Source: a virus
DNA: 64,000 nt
Virus record (IMG/VR): IMGVR_UViG_3300045988_119557
Location: 13,946 to 77,945 of that record
Strand: one strand, 5' to 3'
The position numbers and the translations under genes were made by a program. Every line of letters begins with the position of its first letter. Position 1 is the stretch's first letter. The notes under the pieces are model-generated. The model saw only the letters and a program-made list of their open reading frames with translations. It was not told the DNA's origin and did not search any database. Shown here one piece after another: positions 36,401 to 45,727 of the stretch.

Positions 36401-38610
36401 ATTATGAAGTTATCGGCTCTGGTTGGGGAACACTTCGTGCTGTAGCAAAATTAAATTGGTACTTTGGCTCTTATGGCGGAGAAACCGCTTTCGGAGGAAG
36501 GCAACAAAATACGATGGCTTCCAAAGAAATTATATATTTACGTGGTGGAGGCTTATATTATTATAGAACTACAAATGCTGATAGTTTTACAGTTCACCCA
36601 AATGGTTATTCTTGGGTCAGTGGTCCACATCGTTATAGTGCTCCAGTAAAAACTTCACAAGATAATTCTCCGATGGAGAGAACCTTTGACCAAGTATACT
36701 GGCTACCTGCTACTTTGAGAGAGACAAGAACTTTCTGGGGACAACCTTTTAACGGTTCTCAAAATGTATCTGGCGCTTTATCAGGAGTAACTACAATAAA
36801 TGCCTCAAATACGATATATACAGCCGGAGATATTAGTAATGGTGGTTATATATACTGTAATGGTAGGTTATATGTGGATAGAGGTAGGTATTCTGTTACT
36901 TCCTCACCTGCTATATCATTAGCCATTGGTGATACAGATACCGGACTTCACTGGGTATCTAATGGAGCAGTAGACCTTTATGCAAATGCTGCTGCTGTAG
37001 GTGGCTGGACTGGAAGCCAATTTAGATATGGTCACGGCTATTTTAAACAAGCTACTGGAAATGATTATTACACATTAGGGATAATGGTAAACGGTAACGG
37101 TACAGCTAACTCTATTAAACCCGGTATCGGTTTTCACCAACCGGGAGTTTATGCTAATTCAATAAGATCTGACGGACCCGGAGATTTTAGATTTTGTGTT
37201 CAAGGAGGTACGGTAGGTTGTACTGTTCAGGCTGCTAATTTCTACGCTAATGGCGGTTTTCTTTATTCATCTGCCAATGGCTGTGAACTAAAAATTGGCT
37301 CACAAAATGATTCTTATGTACACTTTACCACTAATCCTGCAAGAAGCTTATATTTTGATAATAGTTTATTTATAAGTGGTGGGGTTTTACCATATACAAC
37401 TACTACTTATGATTTAGGAGACGCTGGTCATATATGGAGAAACATATATGCAAATAGATTATTAGGAGGAGCAGATTGGGCTGATTATTTATCTAATCAT
37501 TATATAGGTGGACGACAATTTAATCCTCAAACTTATTTTGGAAATAACAGCATGGGTCTTAGAGTTGCAATGACTGGAGTTTCTACTAATGGGGCTAATT
37601 GGTCAGATACTATATGGATTAATGGTTATTATGGAGCAGATGTGCCTTCCTGTAATGCTTTACATTTTCCAAGAGATGGTTCTTCTGAAATGTATATAAG
37701 TTCTCAAACTTATAATGCTACAAGTTATGGTACAAGATATAGATTTTGGTCATCTAAGAATAGTAATAAATCAGATGTAGATTGGACTTGTAGAGGTCTT
37801 AGTGCACATGCAAGAATAAGTACTACTGCTGATATTTATTCAGCTTCTTGGGTGAGAACAGAAGGAAAAACTGGTTGGTATTCTCAGACTTATGGAGGTG
37901 GTATCTATATGGCAGACTCAGATCACGTCCAAGTATACAATAATAAAGTATTCTATAATAGTGGCTATAGATCTTGGGGTATTGGTGGGCACTATTGCGG
38001 TATTAAGCTTTACCAAGGTAATCATATTGGCATTAATCTTGCCAATGATTCTTATACTTGGGGTATATATTCCAATCAAAATGGTAATATGTATATAGGT
38101 AGACGAGACGGAAATGTAAATAACACATCGGGTACCTATGTTGTAACAATTGGTCTATCAACATTTTCAATGTCTGGTAATATTGTTGCTACTGGTGGCA
38201 TAACAGCGAAAACTTCTTCGGACGAACAGCTTAAAAATCTGCTTCCGAGATCTAATTATGCGGAAAGATTATTATCTTTGGGAAACGTATTTGATTTTGT
38301 CTACAATGAAACGGCTAAACGTAGGGAGGGTAAACAGGTTGACGGTGCTGCACATACAGGTCTTAGTTACCAGAAAGTTAGTTCCATTATGCCTACTATA
38401 TGTGGTAAAGATGATGATGGTTATGGTTATATCAATTACATAAGCCCTGATTTTATTTCTTTGATTGCTGGTGCGACTCAATTAAATACATTAGGTATTA
38501 AGGAATTGTATAAAAAGACTAATAGTATTGAAGATGAAATAAAGAAATTGAAAAAGGAGAATGAATGCTTAAAGAAAGAGATTAATAAGTTGAAAAGGGA
38601 GTATAGATAA
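30484..38610 (+). CDS. giant tail fibre / host-specificity protein with C-terminal intramolecular chaperone (peptidase S74-like) domain
   Basis: 2708 aa. Fibre motifs NITGVKTFSSGL and FLKADGSVDSN. The C-terminus TSSDEQLKNLLP..GNVFDFVYNE..HTGLSYQKVSSIMP..YINYISPDFISLIAGATQ matches the self-cleaving chaperone domain, followed by a coiled coil. Confidence 0.9.
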   Translation: MSNNILLTVYTYVDGVSDTPFPNAENPLKIKYTYNAQRMGSSSLTATAMYPTCLDDLWVSGKQYVDFKGERYFIVKTPSSSKSNDDVRYKHELEFLSGRSVLDNVYVYDVVTGDAGSTDRYVSNSTKVLFYGDIQEFVARLNFSLEYSNLAYRIVIDEGITSEAKQVSLENVFFSNALQEIFNIFELPFYFVGTTIHVGFTNNAITHTFKYGKDFELLSVSKTNANYKITNRVTGTGSSDNIQFYYPNPSNDRKAIEEAGGTWITPSQVLMPPIYRQTNGAERFYNALNNKYINPDTGDYYTFENLYLPTNPKEQIVDFSYIKPSIKNALNKAGVRMDMIKAIAFDQNDDDSINKDTGEYVHSYFYVKLNKFDGDFGFNLFDQALVGSDATVSMTSGACGACNFQIGVTEITQEGKQVFRNPVQVDSKGDIVPGDYAQKVNVNNLQPQQQNTMTNEVWIALKKDNTTFGIVMPNAGNNIKPSVGDSFVFLNIDMPQAYITKAEKELEEAIIKYMANNNREKFTFSIKLSRIFLAENPSIGNLLNENARIDLEYNGQFHQLYVSNYTLKVDENVLPEISIQLTDTLTIGKNSLQTAIDGVKQDIMNSIGSVDFLKQGLKYFLRKDTSDYARDFITFLRGLKVGSYTEGGNSGGIFAVDANGKTYIETDMLKVRAKAYFETLEIINTNSIGGRQIITPGGSITCNKVVEGDTYYRCYFVNDADNTPIENRFKVDDQALSQDFNIKEGIYENVSNHYYWRKVVAIGDDYIDLSKTDADVSSDVPKAGDVICQLGNKTDKTRQNAIIFSAVDFYSPSITLYAGIDNYSYVNKEYVSYGVDKTTNEAFFNVYGRMYVGDRNKTSYMQYSEKDGLQIKGKLQIGTTIGSGQTVEDALEQTKNDAIAGAKENLDEFATIVNGSLGDLQDQIDGAIETWFYDPVPTLTNQPAVNWTTDKDKNTHLGDLYYDGNGKAYRFQLTGTTYEWKVLTDSDITKALADAKKAQDTADSKRKIFVRQPLDTETYEVGDLWVNATFSTTYSNDVLRCKTAKAAGISFSINHWEKASKYTDDQAALEAQRLAKAAQADVDQAKRDINGLDGEVDGLRNFTDQAFKDGVIDRSEATAIAKYLNNIETSQKDVSQSFAKVYNNPLLSGIAKTNLNNANIAFNTAATDLISTIRSAIADGITTNTEKAAVDDKYSVFNTKYGDYIAYLNEANKFIQDQIKTTADNALQKAVDLDYLKQAFTEKTTITDGIVQTSILALGYTDGSSYKIMSGSNGIYNSSKIGGGIASWWGGSMKDRNDYTSENMPADVAKGLVRFDGTGYFANGNLWWDNNGKLHADPLSFFVGPENVGDLLSIFQIVKSGSSISYVVPRYPFQKLSISSYLELGSGYRIKVDEANNAIYFEKADGGIVNFYATGGITALGVGTKSPQTILDALPIDTNTLSKEGGKLTVIGGGSGGNTGAISLNGQRYESVDGVITLPNLATPGDITTALSSYATQAWVNSQGFLSSAALDNYVTLNTVQNITGVKTFSSGLIATDIVANKFKTLSGTASQFLKADGSVDSNLYALAYEGNQNKTQHSQYSRFTNYFNVIDRRSETPTPNSYETHTISAFFNASNGMPDGNWWSGFHVRGWGDGYCTWELVGPSSTNNTANNLRYRTGIGDTWGAWKMIMTDVEADGKYVFKTGDTMTGALTAPDVFATTLWAISTLRSNLLLTVGASNAIVVANRAELHLITPSDNPCDLWMGANNSRRWSITARGSGENYQLGIYNNTRSNWNVIFRDDINDFFVKTEVRSTFLVVPSDIGGGYNEGIRICNGSNNWSNIQFGAQNAWNGKIDGQWIVGKDPVKNFQICLAGTETSNGSRPSKGIHIDINGYLHTGYVSTEINPDNQGDYFYSSDDTFLRRSTWYAALSHLSNKQRTLDLTTLDQNKWYPCIINAPAYGGTPLRITLFNGLRGNKPSWGSHQQGFSLLLDYEVIGSGWGTLRAVAKLNWYFGSYGGETAFGGRQQNTMASKEIIYLRGGGLYYYRTTNADSFTVHPNGYSWVSGPHRYSAPVKTSQDNSPMERTFDQVYWLPATLRETRTFWGQPFNGSQNVSGALSGVTTINASNTIYTAGDISNGGYIYCNGRLYVDRGRYSVTSSPAISLAIGDTDTGLHWVSNGAVDLYANAAAVGGWTGSQFRYGHGYFKQATGNDYYTLGIMVNGNGTANSIKPGIGFHQPGVYANSIRSDGPGDFRFCVQGGTVGCTVQAANFYANGGFLYSSANGCELKIGSQNDSYVHFTTNPARSLYFDNSLFISGGVLPYTTTTYDLGDAGHIWRNIYANRLLGGADWADYLSNHYIGGRQFNPQTYFGNNSMGLRVAMTGVSTNGANWSDTIWINGYYGADVPSCNALHFPRDGSSEMYISSQTYNATSYGTRYRFWSSKNSNKSDVDWTCRGLSAHARISTTADIYSASWVRTEGKTGWYSQTYGGGIYMADSDHVQVYNNKVFYNSGYRSWGIGGHYCGIKLYQGNHIGINLANDSYTWGIYSNQNGNMYIGRRDGNVNNTSGTYVVTIGLSTFSMSGNIVATGGITAKTSSDEQLKNLLPRSNYAERLLSLGNVFDFVYNETAKRREGKQVDGAAHTGLSYQKVSSIMPTICGKDDDGYGYINYISPDFISLIAGATQLNTLGIKELYKKTNSIEDEIKKLKKENECLKKEINKLKREYR

Positions 38611-38645
38611 GTCTATGCTCCTTTGGAGGTTAAGAGATAAATTCT

Positions 38646-38653
38646 TATTTTTG
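38646..38653 (+). promoter_or_regulatory. Bacteroides-type -7 promoter box
   Basis: TATTTTTG, 26 nt upstream of the ATG at 38680. Confidence 0.4.
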
Positions 38654-38679
38654 CATTGAAACAATAACTAATAAAAAAA

Positions 38680-38907
38680 ATGACGAAGATGAAAAATCTA
38701 TTTAAGGCTTACAAAGAATGGAGAGACAGAAAGTTTATTGAACGTATTGATCGAGTTTATTTCAAGAAGGACAAGGACAAAAATCTTTTTATAAAAGGCA
38801 ATCTCATTGTCGAAGGCAAAGTTTTGTATTATGGAAATGCTCCCGAAGCAAACGAGGTAGAAGGATTCAAAACCAGACGTTCTGTTAGCAAAAAGAAGTC
38901 GAAATGA
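38680..38907 (+). CDS. small protein, first gene of putative receptor-binding cassette 1
   Basis: 75 aa with the motif FIKGNLIVEGK, shared with the 40140 ORF. ATGA overlap with the next gene. Confidence 0.5.
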   Translation: MTKMKNLFKAYKEWRDRKFIERIDRVYFKKDKDKNLFIKGNLIVEGKVLYYGNAPEANEVEGFKTRRSVSKKKSK

Positions 38908-40136
38908 GCAATAGTAACGGAAAGATTACTGCGCCTGTTTCGATAGAAAGCGATATAGTGCCAGTATTAGGCGAAACAACTTATAAGCTGGAAGACCTAT
39001 GCCGTAGTAGTAAGATTAACAAATGGAGCTATATCAAACCGATACAAGATTCCAATCCCGTAGAATGTTCTTTTTCTATTGCTAAATATAAAGAGTCCAT
39101 TTCACGTGTTTTTGTATATGCCCCAAGTTCAACGATAAATTCTGCGGATTACGCATATTTGCCTCCACATTCAAACTTTAGAGCGACTGATTTTAACGGA
39201 TATGATCATAACAGTTTTGCAGCTAAATGTGATGTAGCTGGTGCTCTTCCATCAAATATTGATTTTGATAATTGTTATTATAATATACCAATAGAATTAG
39301 GGTCAGGTGATTTATGGTCTAATCTATTAGTCTCAACACCCGGAGACAGATGGGAGAATGCTTTGTTGTTAGTATGCAAGAAAGGAAATATAACGCATAC
39401 CTATAGAACATATAGGTTTAATAGATATGAGAATAAAGTAGTATTAAGTTTAGGAGGCCCAGAGTATACCGATAAATCGGCTTACGAAAAGTTTAAAGCT
39501 ATAGGAATTGCTGATTATACGGTAGATATAATGGCTATCGCAATCCCGCAAACACATCCTGATAAGCCTGATGGTTTTATAGAGATAACTAATTCTACAA
39601 ATTATCAAGTTTATCCATTGACAAATATGGGTGGTAGAATATGGAATCCTCTTAAAAAAGGAATTAGAATAAGTAATCCTAAACCAAGAACATTTTGGGA
39701 AGTTAGTGCTTATGATTTGGGAAATCAAACTGATGGTACTTATATACCCGATGATGCTTTAATTGGAGGAGATCTAATGGGTATTAGAGCAGATGGAGGA
39801 GGTATAGACTTGTGGTATGAACCGAATGGTATTCCCTTCTCGGAGTTTATAAAAGGGCCTGGAAGTGGAATTGGTGGAATCGTTGCACAAGGATCAGTTG
39901 TTACAACAGGTGTATATACTAAAATGAAAGGCAATCTTAATATATATTATTATCAGTTTAGAAGTGGAGGATTAACAAGGCCTGTTATTGTGAGCCATGG
40001 GACAGGAGGAGTAGTCTCTTGGCTCTCAAGAAGTGTTAATATTAAATTTGACAATTTATCTATGGGAACAGGAAGTACAACTAACAGTATAACTGCAAGT
40101 TTTTATTTTGTAGACCCAGACTTTAGACCGCAATAA
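38904..40136 (+). CDS. putative tail fibre-associated / receptor-binding protein, cassette 1
   Basis: 410 aa. The N-terminus MSNSNGKITAPVSIESDIVPVLGETT parallels MSISNGLIIAPVGVHDDIPQTLGISS of the 40412 gene. Both share RATDFNGYDHN / RASDFDGYNHN. Confidence 0.6.
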   Translation: MSNSNGKITAPVSIESDIVPVLGETTYKLEDLCRSSKINKWSYIKPIQDSNPVECSFSIAKYKESISRVFVYAPSSTINSADYAYLPPHSNFRATDFNGYDHNSFAAKCDVAGALPSNIDFDNCYYNIPIELGSGDLWSNLLVSTPGDRWENALLLVCKKGNITHTYRTYRFNRYENKVVLSLGGPEYTDKSAYEKFKAIGIADYTVDIMAIAIPQTHPDKPDGFIEITNSTNYQVYPLTNMGGRIWNPLKKGIRISNPKPRTFWEVSAYDLGNQTDGTYIPDDALIGGDLMGIRADGGGIDLWYEPNGIPFSEFIKGPGSGIGGIVAQGSVVTTGVYTKMKGNLNIYYYQFRSGGLTRPVIVSHGTGGVVSWLSRSVNIKFDNLSMGTGSTTNSITASFYFVDPDFRPQ

Positions 40137-40139
40137 AAA

Positions 40140-40411
<272 letters not shown>

Positions 40412-40415
<4 letters not shown>

Positions 40416-41569
40416 GTATATCAAATGGATTAATAATAGCTCCCGTTGGAGTCCATGATGATATTCCACAAACCTTAGGAATAAGTAGCACAGATGTAGG
40501 TACTCAATGTGTTTCTGATAATGTTAATATGTGGACTGACAGACATCCTGTCGCTTATGATAGCATAGCTCCACTTAGTGAAGAACAGTTTAAATCTGTA
40601 CATTATGGTTTTGAAAATGTAGCAATAATACAGCCAACTCTTTCTAATTTAACAACTAAATCTATGTATTATAGACAACCTATATCAGGAACCAATGCTT
40701 GGTATTATAGAGCTTCAGATTTTGATGGATATAATCATAATGCTAAACCTATATTTCAATTTTCTTTTCCTGCTAATATATCTCCAGATTCAGCAGTTAT
40801 AATTAATATAAATGATTTAATATTTGAATCCTCTACTTCTGGACAATTATCTATTGATAAAATAATAGGTAATGGGAAGAAGAATCAGTTAGGTGTAGCT
40901 ATATTTAGTAGAAGCAGGCAAAAAGGATATTATAAAATATTTGGTAGAACAATTACTGGAGGTAAACTTCCTTTGTTCTTAGTAGATGATTCCTTAGATT
41001 GGGAAGGTAAATTAAGTAAAGATATAGCTATTTGTTTATTTATATCTGACAATACTTATTCTAATGAAAGACTTAAATGGAGAGAGGCTCCTGAATATAA
41101 TATGAACTTCTATCCTGGTATTTCTAATACAAGAAGGAATAATGTTCCTGCTATGAAATACTATAATTTGTCTCAGTTTCCTATTCAAGGATATCTTCAA
41201 TATTCTGTTGTTGGTAGTACTACTCCAAGAGTTAATGATAATTCAGATAGTTATTATAATTATAGATTTACTATACATGATAAAGCATCTGCTGGATTAG
41301 CTACTTTAAAAACTTATAGCGTATCTATGGAAACTATTGATTATAATGGAAACTTTAGAGTTGACCAATATGAAATAGGTAAAGGTATGGCTAATGTAAT
41401 ATCTGGTCCTGATGGTAGTGGGAATTACGTTATTAGTGTCCCATGTATGACCTTAGGTGGGAAATACTATATTGGCAAGACAGCTTATACTAATTGCTAT
41501 ATCTATAATACAACAACTGGGGCAAGTGCTGGAAAATTATTGGGAATAACGTTAATTGGATCTGCTTAA
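40412..41569 (+). CDS. putative tail fibre-associated / receptor-binding protein, cassette 2
   Basis: 385-aa divergent paralogue of 38904-40136 (see the shared motifs above). Confidence 0.6.
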
Positions 41570-41701
41570 ACAGCTATACAAGCTACACAGCACGCTATTT
41601 AGGAGATGATTATAAGTCTGGATCTATTTTGTTTAGAGCAAAATAGTTGTATATATACAAAAAAAGAAGTATCTTAGCAGCGAAATATTAAAAATATTAA
41701 G

Positions 41702-42061
41702 ATGACAACACCAGTAACAGTAACAGTAGAAAATGGAGATTTGGTTAGCGTTAAGCGAACTAATGCCGCAGTAAATAGCGAAACTCTTAAATTAGTAGGT
41801 TCAATATTAGTTGTAGCAACTAATAAGGTTCTCGAATTTAGTGGAAATGTTCAATTAAAAGATTCACAAAACGTAATCGGAACTTTTCATTATAATAATA
41901 ATGATGGTACAATGACTGCGCCTGCCCCTGCGGGAATGTATGAATCAGTAGTACGTATTACAAACGAAGCGTATGCCGATAAGCAAGTTGAGGCAACCGA
42001 GGCTTTGTTGGCTGGAATTAAGAAATGGGGTGAAGCAACAATTAATACAATATGTGAGTAA
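41702..42061 (+). CDS. hypothetical protein
   Basis: 119-aa ORF. No motif recognised. Confidence 0.5.
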   Translation: MTTPVTVTVENGDLVSVKRTNAAVNSETLKLVGSILVVATNKVLEFSGNVQLKDSQNVIGTFHYNNNDGTMTAPAPAGMYESVVRITNEAYADKQVEATEALLAGIKKWGEATINTICE

Positions 42062-42675
42062 TGGAAAATACAGAAACTAAAAAAAGCGAGAATAAACTCG
42101 ATAAAATAAAAAATAGCGAGATAGTTAAAAAGACATCATTGATCAAGGCTTTATTGATCGCACATCAAGGAAAAGAACTTCCACGCGAATTGAAGACTAA
42201 AGTTATGATGACTCGAATCTATTATAATGGATTTTATAAAAAATTCGAGGATGCCATTAAAGAAGCTACAGAAGGATTGAAGCCGGAGGGATTTGATAAA
42301 GAAAAAGAGGAAGTAAGTAAACTTCAAGAGAAAATCCAAAAACAATGTAAAGACCTATCTTCTCTTACAGAGGAAATGCTAAAAAACATCTTAACTGATG
42401 AAGAATTTGATAAGCATAAGGCATTTATGGACATGTACAATAAGCATTGGAGAGATGTAGCGGATTTTAAGTCTAAGAAGCTGAACGAAGAGGTCGAGGT
42501 AGAACAAAAGACTTTTACGCAGAAAGAATATGAAGATTTAGTGAATGTAAATGTAGCTGATAAATATACTATTGAAGAGGTATTAACCGATTTTCAGGGA
42601 ATGTCTATCACGACTGAAAAACAAATATCAACTACTGATTTTCTTGAAATGATATACGAGAACTTTGTTTGTTAA
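42061..42675 (+). CDS. hypothetical protein
   Basis: 204-aa charged, helical ORF whose start overlaps the upstream stop. Confidence 0.5.
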   Translation: MENTETKKSENKLDKIKNSEIVKKTSLIKALLIAHQGKELPRELKTKVMMTRIYYNGFYKKFEDAIKEATEGLKPEGFDKEKEEVSKLQEKIQKQCKDLSSLTEEMLKNILTDEEFDKHKAFMDMYNKHWRDVADFKSKKLNEEVEVEQKTFTQKEYEDLVNVNVADKYTIEEVLTDFQGMSITTEKQISTTDFLEMIYENFVC

Positions 42676-42720
42676 TTATCATGTAAGTTTGTTTTTAATT
42701 TTCAGGTATTAGTTGTTTTT

Positions 42721-42752
42721 CAAGGGGAAGTTTTCTTCCCCTTGTTTTGTTT
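42721..42752 (+). terminator. intrinsic terminator at the end of the plus-strand late block
   Basis: CAAGGGGAAG (42721-42730) pairs with CTTCCCCTTG (42735-42744) around a TTTT loop, followed by TTTTGTTTTT. Confidence 0.65.
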
Positions 42753-43206
42753 TTATCTCTTTTTTAAGGTTTTCTTCTGGCGTTCTTCTTTCAACTTATC
42801 TTTGACAGCAAGAATATCAGAACGCTTAAATCCAATCTTATGGTTATTGAAACTTTGATTCTTAATACCATATTTATCCATCAATTTCTTGAATCCTGCT
42901 CGATTATTACCCATGCACAATATCTTCATTGCACCATCATAAGTAACATAATCTTTCGGATTAACATATTCTGAATTCATCTTGTCTATTGTATTAAGTG
43001 CTCCCGCCAATTCGTCTTCGTTACAGTCAGCGCTAAATATATCAAAGATTCTTCCAAAGATAGTACTAAATACAAGTTTCCTAATAGGAGAGAGTGCATC
43101 TACTTCTTCTTTTATAATATCGTATATGTCGCTCTTAATCTTATTGATTCTGTTTTGAATTTGTAAGTTTCACATTGTTTTCTTTTACTTCTTTCAGATT
43201 AGCCAT
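42753..43206 (-). pseudogene. hypothetical gene split by a +1 frame break (21-codon head plus a long start-less body)
   Basis: ATG at 43206 gives MANLKEVKENNVKLTNSKQNQ then a stop (43141). The +1 frame is open from 43169 to 42753 but has no ATG/GTG before the TTG at 43010. Deleting one base of the T4 run at 43153-43156 fuses them into ~150 aa. Confidence 0.4.
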
Positions 43207-43223
43207 AATAAAAAATGTTTTAA

Positions 43224-43532
43224 TTAGTTATTTTCTACATATTGGTAACACTTGGTAGTGTTCATTCCAGGTAACTTATAATTCACCTCCCTAATATATC
43301 CATGTTCAACGAGCCTATTAACGGCATTGTATATTTTCTTTGTAGAAAGGAAAGGAATTAATTCTTTTAGTTTTGCTATTGCAATAAATCCGGTATATTT
43401 CTCTCGTTTTACCATGCAGCCTTTAAACGATTCTTGATACATTTTAGTACATAGTATCAATCGCATATAATAGTAGACGGCTGCGGCTTCTAAACCAACT
43501 TTAGAAGCCATTTCTTCATCAATACAAATCAT
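43224..43532 (-). CDS. winged-helix DNA-binding protein
   Basis: ASKVGLEAAAVYYYM..KKIYNAVNRLVEHGYI resembles the N-terminus of the replication organiser at 52655-53647. Confidence 0.5.
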   Translation of the reverse strand: MICIDEEMASKVGLEAAAVYYYMRLILCTKMYQESFKGCMVKREKYTGFIAIAKLKELIPFLSTKKIYNAVNRLVEHGYIREVNYKLPGMNTTKCYQYVENN

Positions 43533-43541
43533 GCAGCCTAT

Positions 43542-43934
43542 CTACTTTTTGAGTTTAAATTCTTCGTATCGTTGCTTGATATTCTTTAGCCTACGAACTT
43601 TTCTAAAATGATTAATACCTAAATGTACCGTAACAATAATGCTAATAGCCCATGTAGCTGATACAATAAGCAAATATACCTCTGCCGTAGGCATAATATT
43701 GAATGTATTGTCAATACAAGTAATAGTATCGGTAAACATAAGATTAAGTGGTATAGCTCTTGCATACTTGCAATGATATTTACCTTCGTCACAAGCAAGC
43801 CTATACAAACAATAATCTAATAAGACAACATAGCCATCAAATGTTATTAATACTCCACTCCATGCAAAACAAAATACAATTAACATATAAATAGCTAATC
43901 CAAAGATAGTTGCTCTAACTATTAACTTTTCCAT
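43542..43934 (-). CDS. integral membrane protein
   Basis: 130 aa with about four hydrophobic helices (ATIFGLAIYMLIVFCFAWSGVLI, etc.). Confidence 0.55.
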   Translation of the reverse strand: MEKLIVRATIFGLAIYMLIVFCFAWSGVLITFDGYVVLLDYCLYRLACDEGKYHCKYARAIPLNLMFTDTITCIDNTFNIMPTAEVYLLIVSATWAISIIVTVHLGINHFRKVRRLKNIKQRYEEFKLKK

Positions 43935-44015
43935 ATCTATATTTAATATAACCTTTACTTATTCTTTTTAGAATTGACTACGAATACAATTTTCTCTGTA
44001 AATAATCCAGGCGCT

Positions 44016-44492
44016 TTAGATCTTAGTTGCGGCTTCACTGGTGACTTTCTCCCATTCTCCGTTACCTTCGTGCTCGCCTTTATCTGTACCTTTTTCTTTG
44101 CCATAGCCTAATTCGATTAATGTCATTATTGAATAAGAAGCCAAGTCCATTAATGTATCCGCGATAGATTCGTCATTAACTTTTTGATTCTTTTTAGTTG
44201 TTAAAGAGATAATGCGATTCATTTTATCGCTCATTCGCGTAATTGAGGATATAATCCCAAGTTTTTTAAATGTTTCGCCAAATGAATCGCCATAATCACT
44301 GTTTTTTCTTTCATAAAGAGATGCAAGAGAATTTGCAATTGATTTGAACTGCGCAACTTTATCTATTCTCTTTGTTCCAAAATATTCTGGGAATTCTATC
44401 ATTCCAAATGGCTTTGTATCGTCAGTCATCCAATAAATAGGTTTTGCGCTACCTACTACATGAACACAATTACTGTTATTCTCCTCTTTCAT
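44016..44492 (-). CDS. DUF1599 / MazG-superfamily-like all-alpha protein
   Basis: KNSDYGDSFGETFKKLGIISSITRMSDKMNRIISL matches the K..DYG....f..lG......R..DK..R pattern as I recall it. Confidence 0.5.
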   Translation of the reverse strand: MKEENNSNCVHVVGSAKPIYWMTDDTKPFGMIEFPEYFGTKRIDKVAQFKSIANSLASLYERKNSDYGDSFGETFKKLGIISSITRMSDKMNRIISLTTKKNQKVNDESIADTLMDLASYSIMTLIELGYGKEKGTDKGEHEGNGEWEKVTSEAATKI

Positions 44493-45084
44493 TTTCTCCT
44501 TCTTTTAAAACTTCTTGTTTAAATCTCTCTGCCGCCAAAATATTCTTTCTAAACTCTTCGTCTTCAATTGGGGTTTCTTCTTGAATAGGAGCGTCTAATT
44601 TGCTTTGGAAGAATTCTATTTGCTTTTTAGTTATATATGTAGCTAAATCAATCCAATATTCGTCATTTGTAAAGCAAATAAGAGGATTTAGTATAATAGA
44701 GAAAGTTCCAGAGAACAGCAAATCATAATTCTCTTTTTCTTGTTCGGTTAAGAGGTCATAATTCCCCTTCAGTTCAATAAGAGACTTCAAATGTCCATAA
44801 AGGGAATGTAGCCACGGTCTTACATACATTCTAAAACCATTTGCGCTTACTATTATCCCAGATTTTGTTTCGTACAGTTTAAAACTCTCAAAATCAAGTT
44901 CTTTTTGGGTTTCAGAACAAGGCACATGTATCAATGTAGGCTCAATACATAATTGTTCCTTTATTGATAAGATGTCATTAATTAATTTCTCACCATAATG
45001 TGCGTTATCGCAAAGCCCTTTCAGCTTTGCGATCTTAACGCGTAGTTCTTTGTTCAATTCTTCTTTAGTTTTAGTTTTCATCAT
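44476..45084 (-). CDS. hypothetical protein
   Basis: 202-aa ORF that overlaps its neighbours within the operon. Confidence 0.5.
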   Translation of the reverse strand: MMKTKTKEELNKELRVKIAKLKGLCDNAHYGEKLINDILSIKEQLCIEPTLIHVPCSETQKELDFESFKLYETKSGIIVSANGFRMYVRPWLHSLYGHLKSLIELKGNYDLLTEQEKENYDLLFSGTFSIILNPLICFTNDEYWIDLATYITKKQIEFFQSKLDAPIQEETPIEDEEFRKNILAAERFKQEVLKEGENERGE

Positions 45085-45652
45085 TTTCAGTTTTAGGTTT
45101 GCGTCCTCTTCTTTTGGGTGATTCGTCTAATGTTTCAGTATCAACTTCGGAGGCAGCAGATTTATCTATTACTTTGCTTTCTGTAGGATTTTCAGGATCT
45201 TCTACGCCTAACATGTAATCAGTAGTAGTTTTTCTTCCGTTGAACCTACTAATTTTCTCTTTAATACAGATATTCAACAAACGTTTTTTTAGCGTATCGT
45301 TGTCAAGTCCGATTAGACTATCTCGTTCTACACGCTCTCTTTGGCTGATAAAGTTGATAATATCCTCTTTGGTTTCAACAGCCGGAGTATCAGAAGCACC
45401 GAGGCTTAAATAGGGATAAATAGCTACTACACTATGTGGAATGCCTCTGTTGGGAGATTCTTTCTTTACATTTATTTCCTCCCATGAAAAGAAATCATGT
45501 TCTGCTATAACATAATCCTCACAACCAGATTTACGTTTCAGTTTTACAATTGCCTGTGCCCATACTTTAGAGCCATCATATTCATCGGGAAGTTCCGATA
45601 TTTTTGCATAAAGCAACATGTCTATCAAAGATTCATCTTCTCTTGTTACCAT
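45071..45652 (-). CDS. hypothetical protein
   Basis: 193-aa ORF with a basic C-terminal tail (PKRRGRKPK). Confidence 0.5.
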   Translation of the reverse strand: MVTREDESLIDMLLYAKISELPDEYDGSKVWAQAIVKLKRKSGCEDYVIAEHDFFSWEEINVKKESPNRGIPHSVVAIYPYLSLGASDTPAVETKEDIINFISQRERVERDSLIGLDNDTLKKRLLNICIKEKISRFNGRKTTTDYMLGVEDPENPTESKVIDKSAASEVDTETLDESPKRRGRKPKTENDEN

Positions 45653-45682
45653 GATTTTTATATTTTAAATTATGAATTCGCC

Positions 45683-45690
45683 ACAAATAT
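45683..45690 (-). promoter_or_regulatory. Bacteroides-type -7 promoter box
   Basis: The minus strand reads TATATTTG, about 30 nt upstream of the ATG at 45652. Confidence 0.4.
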
Positions 45691-45727
45691 AACTTTTTTA
45701 AGTCGTATTTACAACCGAGTAGTATTA

